Of a stretch of DNA of 64,000 nucleotides, positions 29,336 through 37,955 are shown one piece after another. This DNA is from an uncultured bacterium (GTDB taxonomy: Bacteria; Armatimonadota; Hebobacteria; CAIYQO01): NCBI GenBank assembly GCA_964472305.1, contig CAYYJR010000017.1, positions 27,975-91,974 of the forward strand, given 5' to 3'. Both the position numbers and the translations under genes were made by a program. The notes under the pieces were generated by a model. That model had not been told where the DNA came from. It made no database searches and saw only the letters and a list, made by a program, of their open reading frames with translations. Position 1 is the first letter of the stretch; each line of letters starts with the position of its first letter.

Positions 29336-30385
29336 ATGCGCCCCGACATTAACATCATGATCTATCAACGGCTGTTACGAGTTGCGATATCGTTGTTCCT
29401 GATTGTCGCCGCCGGCGTGGTGGGTTATCGCGTCATCGAGCACCAGCACTACTCCCTCTTCGACGCCCTCTATATGACGGTCATCACCATTGCTTCGGTC
29501 GGATTCATGGAGGTGCATCCACTGTCCTGGGCGGGGCGCGTCTTCACCATTTGCCTGATTCTGGTCGGATGCAGCGTGCTGGTATATGCCGTTTCTACCG
29601 TGACGGCGTTCATTGTCGAAGGCGATCTCAGCGATGTGTTGCGGAGGCGAAAAATGCAGAAAAAGATCGATCAGATGCGCCACCACTACCTGATCTGCGG
29701 CGCGGCGCAAACCGGCGAGCACGTTATCGACGAGTTGTATAAGACGCACAAAGCCTTCGTGGTCATCGATTGCGACGAAGAGAAGGTGGCCAACCTGCAC
29801 GAACGCGGTATCCCGGCCATTTGCGGCGATGCCACCCGCGACGCCGTGCTGCTGCAGGCGGGAGTGGCGCGCGCGCGCGGACTGATCACCACGCTGCAGA
29901 CGGACGCGGACAACCTGTTCGTGACCTTCACCGCCCGGCACCTGAATCCGGCGCTGCGTATCATTACCAAAGCGACAGCCGCGGAATCCGAACCCAAGCT
30001 GCGCCAGGCCGGTGCCGACGGCGTGGTGATGACGAACTTCATCGGTGGCCTGCGCATGGCCAGCGAACTCATCCGCCCGTCGGTTGTCAGCTTCCTCGAC
30101 ATCATGCTGCGCTCGAAGGACGAAACGATTCGCGTTGAAGAGATCGCGCTGCATCCCACCTCGCCGGTAGTGGGCAAAACACTGGCAGCGACCGGCTTGA
30201 TGGACCGCGAAGGCGTTTCGGTGGTGGCGCTGATGGTGCAAGGGGGGGGAGAATACCTGTTCAATCCCGCGCGCCACCTGGTGCTGCAGCCGGAGCACGT
30301 GCTCATCGTGATGGGCAACGTCGCCTGCATCGACGAAATCCGCCAGCATCTCGCGCCGCACGGCCTCATTGTGCACGAAACGTGA
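29336..30385 (+). CDS. Two-TM cation channel with cytoplasmic RCK (TrkA-N/TrkA-C) domains
   Basis: Pore region LFDALYMTVITIASVGFMEVHP, Rossmann HYLICGAAQTGEHV, and a C-terminal TrkA-C-like domain. The track ORF starts at 29198; start re-assigned (see promoter). Confidence 0.75.
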   Translation: MRPDINIMIYQRLLRVAISLFLIVAAGVVGYRVIEHQHYSLFDALYMTVITIASVGFMEVHPLSWAGRVFTICLILVGCSVLVYAVSTVTAFIVEGDLSDVLRRRKMQKKIDQMRHHYLICGAAQTGEHVIDELYKTHKAFVVIDCDEEKVANLHERGIPAICGDATRDAVLLQAGVARARGLITTLQTDADNLFVTFTARHLNPALRIITKATAAESEPKLRQAGADGVVMTNFIGGLRMASELIRPSVVSFLDIMLRSKDETIRVEEIALHPTSPVVGKTLAATGLMDREGVSVVALMVQGGGEYLFNPARHLVLQPEHVLIVMGNVACIDEIRQHLAPHGLIVHET

Positions 30386-31580
30386 AGCGCATCGGGTAAT
30401 TCGAACCCGATTGCGGCATCGCCGTCAACGTCAGCGTGCGCCGTTCGCCGGCGGCCAGCGAGACGCCCGTGAGCCGCACCACCCGTCCGGGCAGCAACGT
30501 GCCCGTCTCGCGCCAGTCGCCGCCGAAAGAATAGACCAGCCGGCCCGGCCCTCCCGCGGCATTGACCGCCACCTCGATCACCGCTTTGCGCGACGTGGCA
30601 TTGACCAGCGCCACCGTATAGCGATGCCACACCCCATAACCGCCATCCAGATCCTGTCCAGGCCGCTCCGCCGGGATGGGCGTTTCACCCATCGGCAGCG
30701 ACAGCGGCACGCCCCCCACCGCGAAGTCGGCGCGGAAGGTCAGGCAGGTGGTGGCGAACTGGAAATCGCCGTAGATGGACGACGGGTTGTAACGCGAAAG
30801 CGGAGCGGTGGCATAACCCTCGTTGGGCAGGTGTGCGCGCACGCGCACGATCAGCGTACCCGCCGGGGTGAGCACCCGCAAGCGCGCCAACCCGCTGACA
30901 ATGGTGTGCGGCGGAAACCCGGTGCGGATGATGGCGGTGGCGGTGGCAGGCGCCAGCGTGATGACAACGCCGGCGTTCCGTCCCTCACGCTCGGCATACT
31001 GCAGCGCGGCGCGATGCCCCGCCTCGTTCTCGCGCAACGCCGGTCCCTCACCGGCATCGATAATCTGCACCCGCACCGGCACGGTCGACGGATTGATCAG
31101 CTCTACCATGAACGCCAGCGCGGTGTCGGAATCGTTGAGGTGGTGATAGAGCAGGCGCGTTACCGCCGTGGCATCGACCCGAGCTTCGCACAACGCGCGC
31201 GGACGCGCCACCCGTTCCGGCACATTGCTCACCAGCAACCGGCTGGCCGGCACGTCGGCCACATCCAGCCGCGTGACGCGTACCGGCAGTGCGAACGTCG
31301 GCAGGCTGCCCACGCCCAGAGTCGCCACCGCCCACGCGCTCTTGCCTGCCCGCGGCTCGCCGGACGGCAGCACGACGCTCCGCAGGCGACAATCGGCGTC
31401 CACGCATGCCGGCGGCGAAGGAAGTGTCAGCTTGAAGGCGCGTGCGATGGCGTAATCATACGGCGGTTGACCGGTGACGGTCACGGCAAAGGGAGAGGCG
31501 GCGCGCGAATGGCCCAGCGGCAGCACGACCAGCAACCAGACAACGAGCAGGCAGTGACGATGCAACGACGTAACCTCCAT
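30366..31580 (-). CDS. Hypothetical secreted protein
   Basis: Start MEVTSLHRHCLLVVWLLVVLPLGHSRAASP (signal peptide). 404 aa, beta-rich, no motif recognised. Its 3' end overlaps the channel gene by 20 nt (convergent). Confidence 0.5.
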   Translation of the reverse strand: MEVTSLHRHCLLVVWLLVVLPLGHSRAASPFAVTVTGQPPYDYAIARAFKLTLPSPPACVDADCRLRSVVLPSGEPRAGKSAWAVATLGVGSLPTFALPVRVTRLDVADVPASRLLVSNVPERVARPRALCEARVDATAVTRLLYHHLNDSDTALAFMVELINPSTVPVRVQIIDAGEGPALRENEAGHRAALQYAEREGRNAGVVITLAPATATAIIRTGFPPHTIVSGLARLRVLTPAGTLIVRVRAHLPNEGYATAPLSRYNPSSIYGDFQFATTCLTFRADFAVGGVPLSLPMGETPIPAERPGQDLDGGYGVWHRYTVALVNATSRKAVIEVAVNAAGGPGRLVYSFGGDWRETGTLLPGRVVRLTGVSLAAGERRTLTLTAMPQSGSNYPMRFTFRAQ

Positions 31581-31737
31581 CCTGACGGTTCCGGTTACAG
31601 CGTTCCCATGGATGCGACGCGGGATGGCGCGAAGAGCACACAGGTGAGGAGAAAGCGACGGGATGGCACGATGATCCTGAACAGGCGTGGGCATGTAGCC
31701 GCGCCCTAGGAAGAACGGGGAATAGACCAACGCAAAC

Positions 31738-31774
31738 GGGGTGTCTCCGTTACCCGGGGGAATGGAGACACCCC
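31738..31774 (-). terminator. Terminator hairpin after rpsT
   Basis: Perfect 11-bp stem GGGGTGTCTCC/GGAGACACCCC, 34 nt after the rpsT stop, followed on the minus strand by GTTTGCGTT. Confidence 0.6.
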
Positions 31775-31807
31775 TGAAACGTAGCCGGCACGCAGTGGGC
31801 CAGGACG

Positions 31808-32077
31808 TTACGCCTTGGCAGCGGCGGCGTTAGCCCGCTTCATCAAGCGAGATTTCCGTCGTGCGGCGGTATTTTTATGGATGACGCCCTTGGTGGCGGC
31901 GCTGTCGAAGGCCTTCAGCGCCAATTTCACCGCGTCTTCGCTGGTGGCGACGGCGGTCGTAATGGCCGCGACCGCTTTCGTGCGCAGGGTTTTCAGGCGG
32001 GATTTCACCGACTGATTGCGCAGACGATTCCGTCGATTGGTCAACAAATCTTTTTTCGCCGATTTGGTGTTGGGCAC
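31808..32077 (-). CDS. rpsT: 30S ribosomal protein S20
   Basis: MPNTKSAKKDLLTNRRNRLRNQSVKSRLKT...; 89 aa, highly basic. GTG start 7 nt after GGGAGGA. Confidence 0.92.
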   Translation of the reverse strand: MPNTKSAKKDLLTNRRNRLRNQSVKSRLKTLRTKAVAAITTAVATSEDAVKLALKAFDSAATKGVIHKNTAARRKSRLMKRANAAAAKA

Positions 32078-32117
32078 AGTTTATTCCTCCCGGTGCGTTA
32101 GCAGGCTACGGCGAGAC

Positions 32118-32146
32118 ATTATAACAGAGCGAAGCGGGAGGTGCAA
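32118..32146 (-). promoter_or_regulatory. rpsT promoter
   Basis: Minus strand TTGCAC-N17-TATAAT, about 40 nt upstream of the rpsT start. Confidence 0.65.
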
Positions 32147-32404
32147 GAGCATGCATAATTTATTTCGCGACAAGCACGGCGTCCCGTATTTTTCTTCCGC
32201 CATTCCCCTCGATTTCCCTTCCGCCAGAAACCTCTGTGTGCTATAATATGAAGTCACCCCCCTGCGTAGTGCGAGCAGGATGCCATCCCCGCGCGTCGAA
32301 TAATCAGGGAGAGTAGAGTAAGCGCTGTGTTTGGTTGACCATACTGATTTGGCCGCGCCATCGCCTTCTCGTGCGGTGGCGTTGATGTGACAAAAGGAGA
32401 TTCG

Positions 32405-34912
32405 ATGCCCGACGAAAAACAGATCGCCCATACGATTACGGACGTATCCATTGTCGACGAGATGAAAGATTCCTACCTCCGGTTCGCGATGAGCGTGATC
32501 ATCAGTCGCGCGCTGCCGGATGTGCGCGACGGCTTGAAGCCGTCGCAGCGCCGCGTACTGTTCGCGATGAACGAACTGAATCTTTCCCCCGGCAGCAACA
32601 CCCGCAAGTGCGCCGCCATCGTGGGTGAGTGTATGGGTAAATACCACCCGCACGGCGACGCGTCGATTTACGATACGCTGGTGCGCATGGCGCAAGACTG
32701 GAATTCGCGCTATCCGCTGGTGCACCCCAAGGGGAACTTTGGCTCCATCGACGGCGACCCCCCCGCGGCGATGCGCTATACCGAGGCAAAATTGACCCCG
32801 CTGGGCGCGGAGTTGTTGGCGGATATCGATCAGGATACGGTGGATTTCATCCCGAACTTCGATGAAACTACCAAGGAGCCCTCGGTATTGCCGGCGGCTT
32901 TTCCGAACCTGGTGTGCAACGGCACCAGCGGCATCGCGGTAGGCATGGCGACAGAAATCGCCCCGCATAACCTGAACGAGGTGATTGACGCCTGTTCGCT
33001 GTTGATCGACCGCAACTACAGTGTTACCGTCGACGAACTGCTGGAAGTACTGCCTGGCCCCGACTTCCCCACTGGCGGGTTGATTCTGGGCACCGGGGGC
33101 ATTCGCGACGCCTACGCCACCGGCAACGGCGCGTGCACCATGCAGGCCCGCACCCACATCGAGCCGGCGGAGAGCGGCAAGATGGCGATTATCGTCACCG
33201 AACTGCCCTATCAGGTGAACAAAGCGCGGTTGGTCGAGCAGATCGCCGAACTGGTGAAGGATAAAAAGATCCAGGGCATCGCCGACCTGCGCGACGAGTC
33301 CGACCGCGTGGGCATGAAGCTGGTCATCGAACTGAAGCGCGACGCCAACCCGCACGTGCTGCTCAACCAATTGTATAAGCATACGCCGCTGCGCAAGCGC
33401 TTCAACTTCAATATGGTCGGCATCATTCAGGTGAACGGCAAGCCGGAGCCGCGCACGCTGACCATGATCGACCTGCTTAAGGAATTCCTCGAACATCGTC
33501 GCGTGGTGGTCACCCGCCGCGTGAAACATGAATTGAAGCAACAGCGCGACCGCGCCCACATCCTGGAAGGGTATCGCATCGCGTTGCTCAACCTGGATGC
33601 GGTCATCAAGCTCATCCGCGAGAGCCGCACGCCGACCATGGCCCGTGAAGGCTTGATGCAGAGCTTCGCCATGAGCGAGCGACAGGCGCAGGCGGTCCTC
33701 GACCTGCAACTGCATCGCCTCACTTCCCTCGAAATCGAAAAGATCGAGAAGGAATACAAAGAGGTGATCATGCGCATCGCCTATCTGGAAGACTTGCTGT
33801 CGAATGTGCGCAAGCTGATGGGCGTGGTCAAGGAAGAACTGTTGGACATGAAGAAGCGCCATGGCGACGCGCGCCGCACGCGCATCCGCCAGGAAGAAGC
33901 CGCCGAGTTGTCCATCGAAGACCTGATCGATGAAGAAGATGTTATCATCACCATGACCCGCGACGGCTACGTGAAGCGAGTGCCGGTGGATACTTACCGC
34001 ACCCAGGGCCGCGGCGGCAAAGGCATCGTCGGATTGACCGCCAAAGAAGAAGACAACGTCGAGCACCTCTTCATCGCCAACACCCACAGCTACCTGCTGG
34101 TCTTCACCGACAAAGGCAAGGTGTATCGCTTGCGCACGCACGAGGTGCCGGCCTCCAGCCGCACCGCCCGCGGCGCGAACATCATCAACCTGATCAATAT
34201 CGAACCGGGCGAGCAAGTCACCGCGGTACTGAACGTGAAAGACTTCCCGGAGAATAAATACCTCTTCATGGTCACCGAGCAAGGCGTCGTGAAAAAGACC
34301 GCGATGTCGGAATTCTCCAACGTCTTCGCCGCCGGCAAGATCGCCATTACCATGAAGAACGACACCGACACGCTGCATTGGGTGAAGGTGACCGACGGAC
34401 ACCGCCACATCGTGCTGGCCACCCATAACGGCATGTCCATCCGCTTCTCAGAGGAAGACGTCCGCCCGACAGGCCGTTCCTCACAGGGAGTCGGCGGCAT
34501 CCAGTTCAAGGCCGACGAGGACAAGGTGGTCGGCGTGGCCCTGGTGAAACCCGGTCAGGACCTGCTGGCGGTTACCGAACGCGGCTACGGCAAACGCACG
34601 CCGTTGACCGAATACCGGCTGCAAGGCCGCAACGGCATGGGCATCAAAACCGTGCAGATTACCGAGAAGAACGGCCCGCTGGTCGATTGTAAGGTGGTGG
34701 ACGAAAAGGACGAAGTGCTGATCATCTCCACCGGCGGCCAGATCATTCGTTCCAAGGTGAGCGAAATCCGCGAGACGGGCCGCTCCGCGCAGGGCGTGCG
34801 CTTGATGCGCATCAACGAAGACATCCAGGTCGCCTGCGTCGCGGTCGTGGTGAAGCGCGAAGAGCCCGCCAGCGAGGAAGATGCCGCTGACGCCGTTCCC
34901 GCCGAAGTGTAG
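32405..34912 (+). CDS. gyrA: DNA gyrase subunit A
   Basis: AMSVIISRALPDVRDGLKPSQRRVLFAM, active-site AAMRYTEAKL, and C-terminal beta-pinwheel repeats. ATG is preceded by AAAGGAG. Confidence 0.95.
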   Translation: MPDEKQIAHTITDVSIVDEMKDSYLRFAMSVIISRALPDVRDGLKPSQRRVLFAMNELNLSPGSNTRKCAAIVGECMGKYHPHGDASIYDTLVRMAQDWNSRYPLVHPKGNFGSIDGDPPAAMRYTEAKLTPLGAELLADIDQDTVDFIPNFDETTKEPSVLPAAFPNLVCNGTSGIAVGMATEIAPHNLNEVIDACSLLIDRNYSVTVDELLEVLPGPDFPTGGLILGTGGIRDAYATGNGACTMQARTHIEPAESGKMAIIVTELPYQVNKARLVEQIAELVKDKKIQGIADLRDESDRVGMKLVIELKRDANPHVLLNQLYKHTPLRKRFNFNMVGIIQVNGKPEPRTLTMIDLLKEFLEHRRVVVTRRVKHELKQQRDRAHILEGYRIALLNLDAVIKLIRESRTPTMAREGLMQSFAMSERQAQAVLDLQLHRLTSLEIEKIEKEYKEVIMRIAYLEDLLSNVRKLMGVVKEELLDMKKRHGDARRTRIRQEEAAELSIEDLIDEEDVIITMTRDGYVKRVPVDTYRTQGRGGKGIVGLTAKEEDNVEHLFIANTHSYLLVFTDKGKVYRLRTHEVPASSRTARGANIINLINIEPGEQVTAVLNVKDFPENKYLFMVTEQGVVKKTAMSEFSNVFAAGKIAITMKNDTDTLHWVKVTDGHRHIVLATHNGMSIRFSEEDVRPTGRSSQGVGGIQFKADEDKVVGVALVKPGQDLLAVTERGYGKRTPLTEYRLQGRNGMGIKTVQITEKNGPLVDCKVVDEKDEVLIISTGGQIIRSKVSEIRETGRSAQGVRLMRINEDIQVACVAVVVKREEPASEEDAADAVPAEV

Positions 34913-34929
34913 CCCGCGACCTCGGGCAG

Positions 34930-34971
34930 ACGGCATCGGCCCGGGAGCAACTGCTCCCGGGCCGATGCCGT
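34930..34971. terminator. Perfect 19-bp hairpin between convergent gyrA and the oxidoreductase gene (candidate bidirectional terminator, no U-tract)
   Basis: ACGGCATCGGCCCGGGAGC-AACT-GCTCCCGGGCCGATGCCGT, 18 nt after the gyrA stop and 32 nt from the stop of the minus-strand gene. Confidence 0.6.
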
Positions 34972-35002
34972 TCAAGCATTGCCCACGCGCCGCAATGAAC
35001 CT

Positions 35003-36112
35003 TCAGGCGGTGGAGGCATGGAGCGCCGAATTCTGCCGGTGGCAATCCTCGATCACGGCGATCTGCCGGCGTACTTGCGGAATCGTCACGAGCAGATCAC
35101 TGCCGTGCAGCAGCACGTCGCGGATATTGCGATAAAACCGTTCGGTTCCCACCGAAAACGATCGCAGCGTGTAACCCGAAGCGGATTTAGCGCATTCTTC
35201 ATCGATATTCCACGAGTTCTCCACCCAGGGTAAGTCTTCCCGCGGATATGCGCGATCCACTGACCACTGCGACCAGAACGACTGTTTCGGCGCTTGTTGC
35301 GCATCATAATACTTCCACTTCAACTCCGTGGCGTGCCCGGTCAGCCCGCCCCGCGTGCCGGAGATGTTATACATGTCACCTTGCGGATAGGCCAGGTATG
35401 CCGTGAGCAAGATCTCGACCAGCGGCATGTTGGGGCCATGCAAGGTCACGGCACAAAGATCGTCCGCGTCACCGCCCAGTTCGTGATGACAACTCATCCG
35501 GCAGAATACCTGGGGATCCTTATCCCAGCCGATCAGGGTCAGCGCCTGGTCAATGGCATGCGGTCCCGTGTTGAACAGCACTCCGCCCAGATTGCGCTGC
35601 AAGGTCTGCCAGTCCCACCGGCGACTGAAGCCACCCCAGTGGCTGCGGATGACCAGAATCTCCCCCAAAACACCGGACTGCACAATCTCTTGGATCTTCT
35701 CAAAGAATGGCTGGAAGCGATTATTCTGAAACGGCGCCAACATGCGTCCCGCTTCGACCGCCGCCTCATACATCCGGTCGACATCGGCGACGCTGCCCGC
35801 CAGGGGTTTCTCGCTGACCACATGATAACCCCCGCGCAAAGCTTCAATTGTCGCGGGAGCATGCAGTGGCGTCGGCAGGGCATTGACAAACAGGTCGAAT
35901 CCCCCGGCGCGAAGCATTTCGGTATAATCCGCATACGCCGTTGCGCCAAATTCTCGCTCCGCGTCCTGCCGCCGTTCCGGCAACTGATCCGCCACCGCCA
36001 CGATGCGAAACTCCTCGTGTGCCTGATGCAGCCATGTCCCATGGATGCCGTAACCACTCCGCCCTTGCCCGGCGATGGCTACCTTGATGATCCCCTCTGC
36101 CTGTGACCTCAT
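35003..36112 (-). CDS. Gfo/Idh/MocA family oxidoreductase
   Basis: KVAIAGQGRSGYGIHG Rossmann N-terminus, VVSEKPLAG (EKP motif). 369 aa. SD GGAAGGA. Confidence 0.8.
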   Translation of the reverse strand: MRSQAEGIIKVAIAGQGRSGYGIHGTWLHQAHEEFRIVAVADQLPERRQDAEREFGATAYADYTEMLRAGGFDLFVNALPTPLHAPATIEALRGGYHVVSEKPLAGSVADVDRMYEAAVEAGRMLAPFQNNRFQPFFEKIQEIVQSGVLGEILVIRSHWGGFSRRWDWQTLQRNLGGVLFNTGPHAIDQALTLIGWDKDPQVFCRMSCHHELGGDADDLCAVTLHGPNMPLVEILLTAYLAYPQGDMYNISGTRGGLTGHATELKWKYYDAQQAPKQSFWSQWSVDRAYPREDLPWVENSWNIDEECAKSASGYTLRSFSVGTERFYRNIRDVLLHGSDLLVTIPQVRRQIAVIEDCHRQNSALHASTA

Positions 36113-36211
36113 ACTTTGTTCCTTCCATCAGCAGTGATGCCGTAGCAACATCGCAAATTCTTCGACCCCCGCTATTGCACTCCTTCTTTTCCCGGCTGTC
36201 CGCGTGTGTTT

Positions 36212-36391
36212 TTAGAAACAGTCTCCGGCAGGAAAAAATACATCAACGAAGCAAGCAAGGAGAACAGGATGATTGAACCTGAGCGCAGGGGCAAGCCGCG
36301 CAGGAACCCACCCATCACGGCGGGCCGGGTGGGTGACGCCTGTTCGGATCGTCTGCGCCAGTTCGTCGTTACCGGCGGTCTTCGTTGTCAC
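36212..36391 (-). CDS. Possible 59-aa small ORF between the beta-helix and oxidoreductase genes
   Basis: GTG start 4 nt after AAGGAG and 17 nt after the upstream stop: MTTKTAGNDELAQTIRTGVTHPARRDGW... GC3 is high only in the first half. Just below the apparent length floor of the supplied ORF track (shortest listed ORFs are 60 aa). Confidence 0.25.
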   Translation of the reverse strand: MTTKTAGNDELAQTIRTGVTHPARRDGWVPARLAPALRFNHPVLLACFVDVFFPAGDCF

Positions 36392-36407
36392 CTCGCTCCT
36401 TGCAGAA

Positions 36408-37496
36408 TCATGATTGCACGCCGGCGACCAGGCAACCGATGTTGTCCCGAATCACTGTGGCCTCATCATGTCCGCCTTCATCCAGAATCAACTGTTGCGT
36501 GGCGGCGTTGTGCAGGGCGTTGGCCATAATGACACTGCTGTGCAGCCCCTTGAGCACCATGGCATGACAGGGAGAAACCCGACCTGTGCCGTCGTCATTA
36601 TTGCCGAAGCACATTGTGTTGCCCGTACAGGCAATGCCTACCGCATGCTCCAGCCAGAGGTGGCTGGATTCAGGCGTGCCCGGCTCCGCATGCGCCCCGC
36701 TGCGGTTGAAAATGTTGCCCGTGATGGCGCTGGTGCCCGGCAACCAGCGCTGGTCATCGGCCTTCGGATCGCCACGCAGCACGAGGGCCGGCCCACCAGA
36801 GCGGTCAACGAAGTTGCCGACGATATTGTAATGGTTGCCGTTCTCCAACAGAATCCCGCCGTCGTGATTCCACTCGATGCGGTTGCCGGTGATGGTCACC
36901 GACGCTGTCGGTACGCGGCCACCGAGACCGAACTTGCCGTTGCCGATCATGATATTGTCGTGGATCCAACCGTCATAATGGCTCATCATCACCCCGTCAC
37001 CGGCGTTATGGTGAAAGAGGCTGTCGCGCACGGTAAAGCCCCAGGCATGCTCCAGGTGCGCACCATCGCCGGAAAATGACGCCACCCGGCAGTTCTCGAT
37101 GACCAGAGTGTCTTCCGTCGTGTGGCCCGCACCGTTGATATAGATTCCGTGGATGTCATGTCCCAGATCGCCCCCGTCGAGGGCAAGGCCGGAGACGCGC
37201 GCACCCACCGTGCCGCACAGGTTCACGAGACAACTCGCCTGCGGATCGTTCAACCGCAATACAGTGCCCCCGTGCCGTCGATACGCCCACGTCGGCGATC
37301 CCGCCAGGGCCACATGCGTCCGCAGTTGCAGCATGCCGCAGCGATATTGGCCCGGCGGAAACCAAACCGTCCCCTGCACTTCGCCGGCGGCATCAATCGC
37401 GCGCTGGATCGCGGCGGTGTCATCGGTCGCGTCGTCGCCGAGTGCGCCGAAACGTCGAACATTGAATGCTGATTCCATCATCTGGTTCTCCACCAT
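36408..37496 (-). CDS. Pectate-lyase-superfamily beta-helix protein (Pectate_lyase_3 / GH28-related)
   Basis: FNVRRFGALGDDATDDTAAIQRAIDAAGEVQGTVWFPPGQY N-terminal signature, followed by parallel beta-helix repeats. Start ATG 37496 follows GGGGAGAG; the track ORF extends further upstream. Confidence 0.75.
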   Translation of the reverse strand: MVENQMMESAFNVRRFGALGDDATDDTAAIQRAIDAAGEVQGTVWFPPGQYRCGMLQLRTHVALAGSPTWAYRRHGGTVLRLNDPQASCLVNLCGTVGARVSGLALDGGDLGHDIHGIYINGAGHTTEDTLVIENCRVASFSGDGAHLEHAWGFTVRDSLFHHNAGDGVMMSHYDGWIHDNIMIGNGKFGLGGRVPTASVTITGNRIEWNHDGGILLENGNHYNIVGNFVDRSGGPALVLRGDPKADDQRWLPGTSAITGNIFNRSGAHAEPGTPESSHLWLEHAVGIACTGNTMCFGNNDDGTGRVSPCHAMVLKGLHSSVIMANALHNAATQQLILDEGGHDEATVIRDNIGCLVAGVQS

Positions 37497-37866
37497 CAGT
37501 AAACTCTCCCCTTCCCAGGTAGTTCCTCTTTCTCGAAGAACTTGGCAATTTCCTTGTACCAGGCGCGCAGACGGCGGCTGATGTGGTACTCGCCATGCGG
37601 CTGCCGCCGTTCCCACTGAACCGCACAGTCCGGCGGCACGCGCGGCAGGTCGCTCAACCGCCCCATCTCGGGAATTCCGCCATTGGTCTTGCCGGCAAAG
37701 CCGTGACACAGCGCAACTTCTGGCCGCCAGGACGGATTGCGACCCTGGCGAAACACGGGAAGTCCGCGAACCGCTGCACAGCGACCTCAAGCGTCATCAC
37801 CGGCTGTCGGGAGCGGGCAACCTTCACGGAGCGCCGGGGCATGCCCTTATCCTCCCTGCCATCCAT
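37497..37866 (-). pseudogene. Small gene apparently split by a frameshift (62-aa and 86-aa overlapping frames)
   Basis: ATG 37842 after GGGAGGA gives MPRRSVKVARSRQPVMTLEVAVQRFADFP... with high GC3. A second frame (37496..37756) carries ...GFAGKTNGGIPEMGRLSDLPRVPPDCAVQWERRQPHGEYHISRRLRAWYKEIAKFF, also with high GC3. Confidence 0.3.
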
Positions 37867-37955
37867 TATTCCACTAAGCCGAAGCGGAAGCCCCTGCTGT
37901 TGCCGCAGCGGTCAACGCGCACAAGAGAAAAGAATTATAACAGCAAATACCGTCG

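Noticed and set aside
32081-34426. Very long antisense ORFs opposite real genes. Examples: 32081..34426 (-) opposite gyrA, 5907..7559 (-) opposite GH13, 19049..21121 (+) opposite the beta-helix gene, 37..1095 (-) opposite the kinase, 30369..31709 (+), and 22905..23987 (+) opposite thiC.
   Set aside because: These are typical GC-rich shadow ORFs. They have Arg/Ala/Gly/His-rich low-complexity translations, no family motifs and no SD, while the opposite strand carries unmistakable conserved proteins.
34802-34815. TTGATGCGCATCAA inside gyrA, a perfect 12-bp core match to the island operator.
   Set aside because: It lies deep in the gyrA coding sequence (codons L-M-R-I-N) and lacks the flanking C/G of the 14-mer. 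It has no promoter context and is far from the island. Treated as a chance or coding-driven occurrence, and a useful caution on motif specificity.
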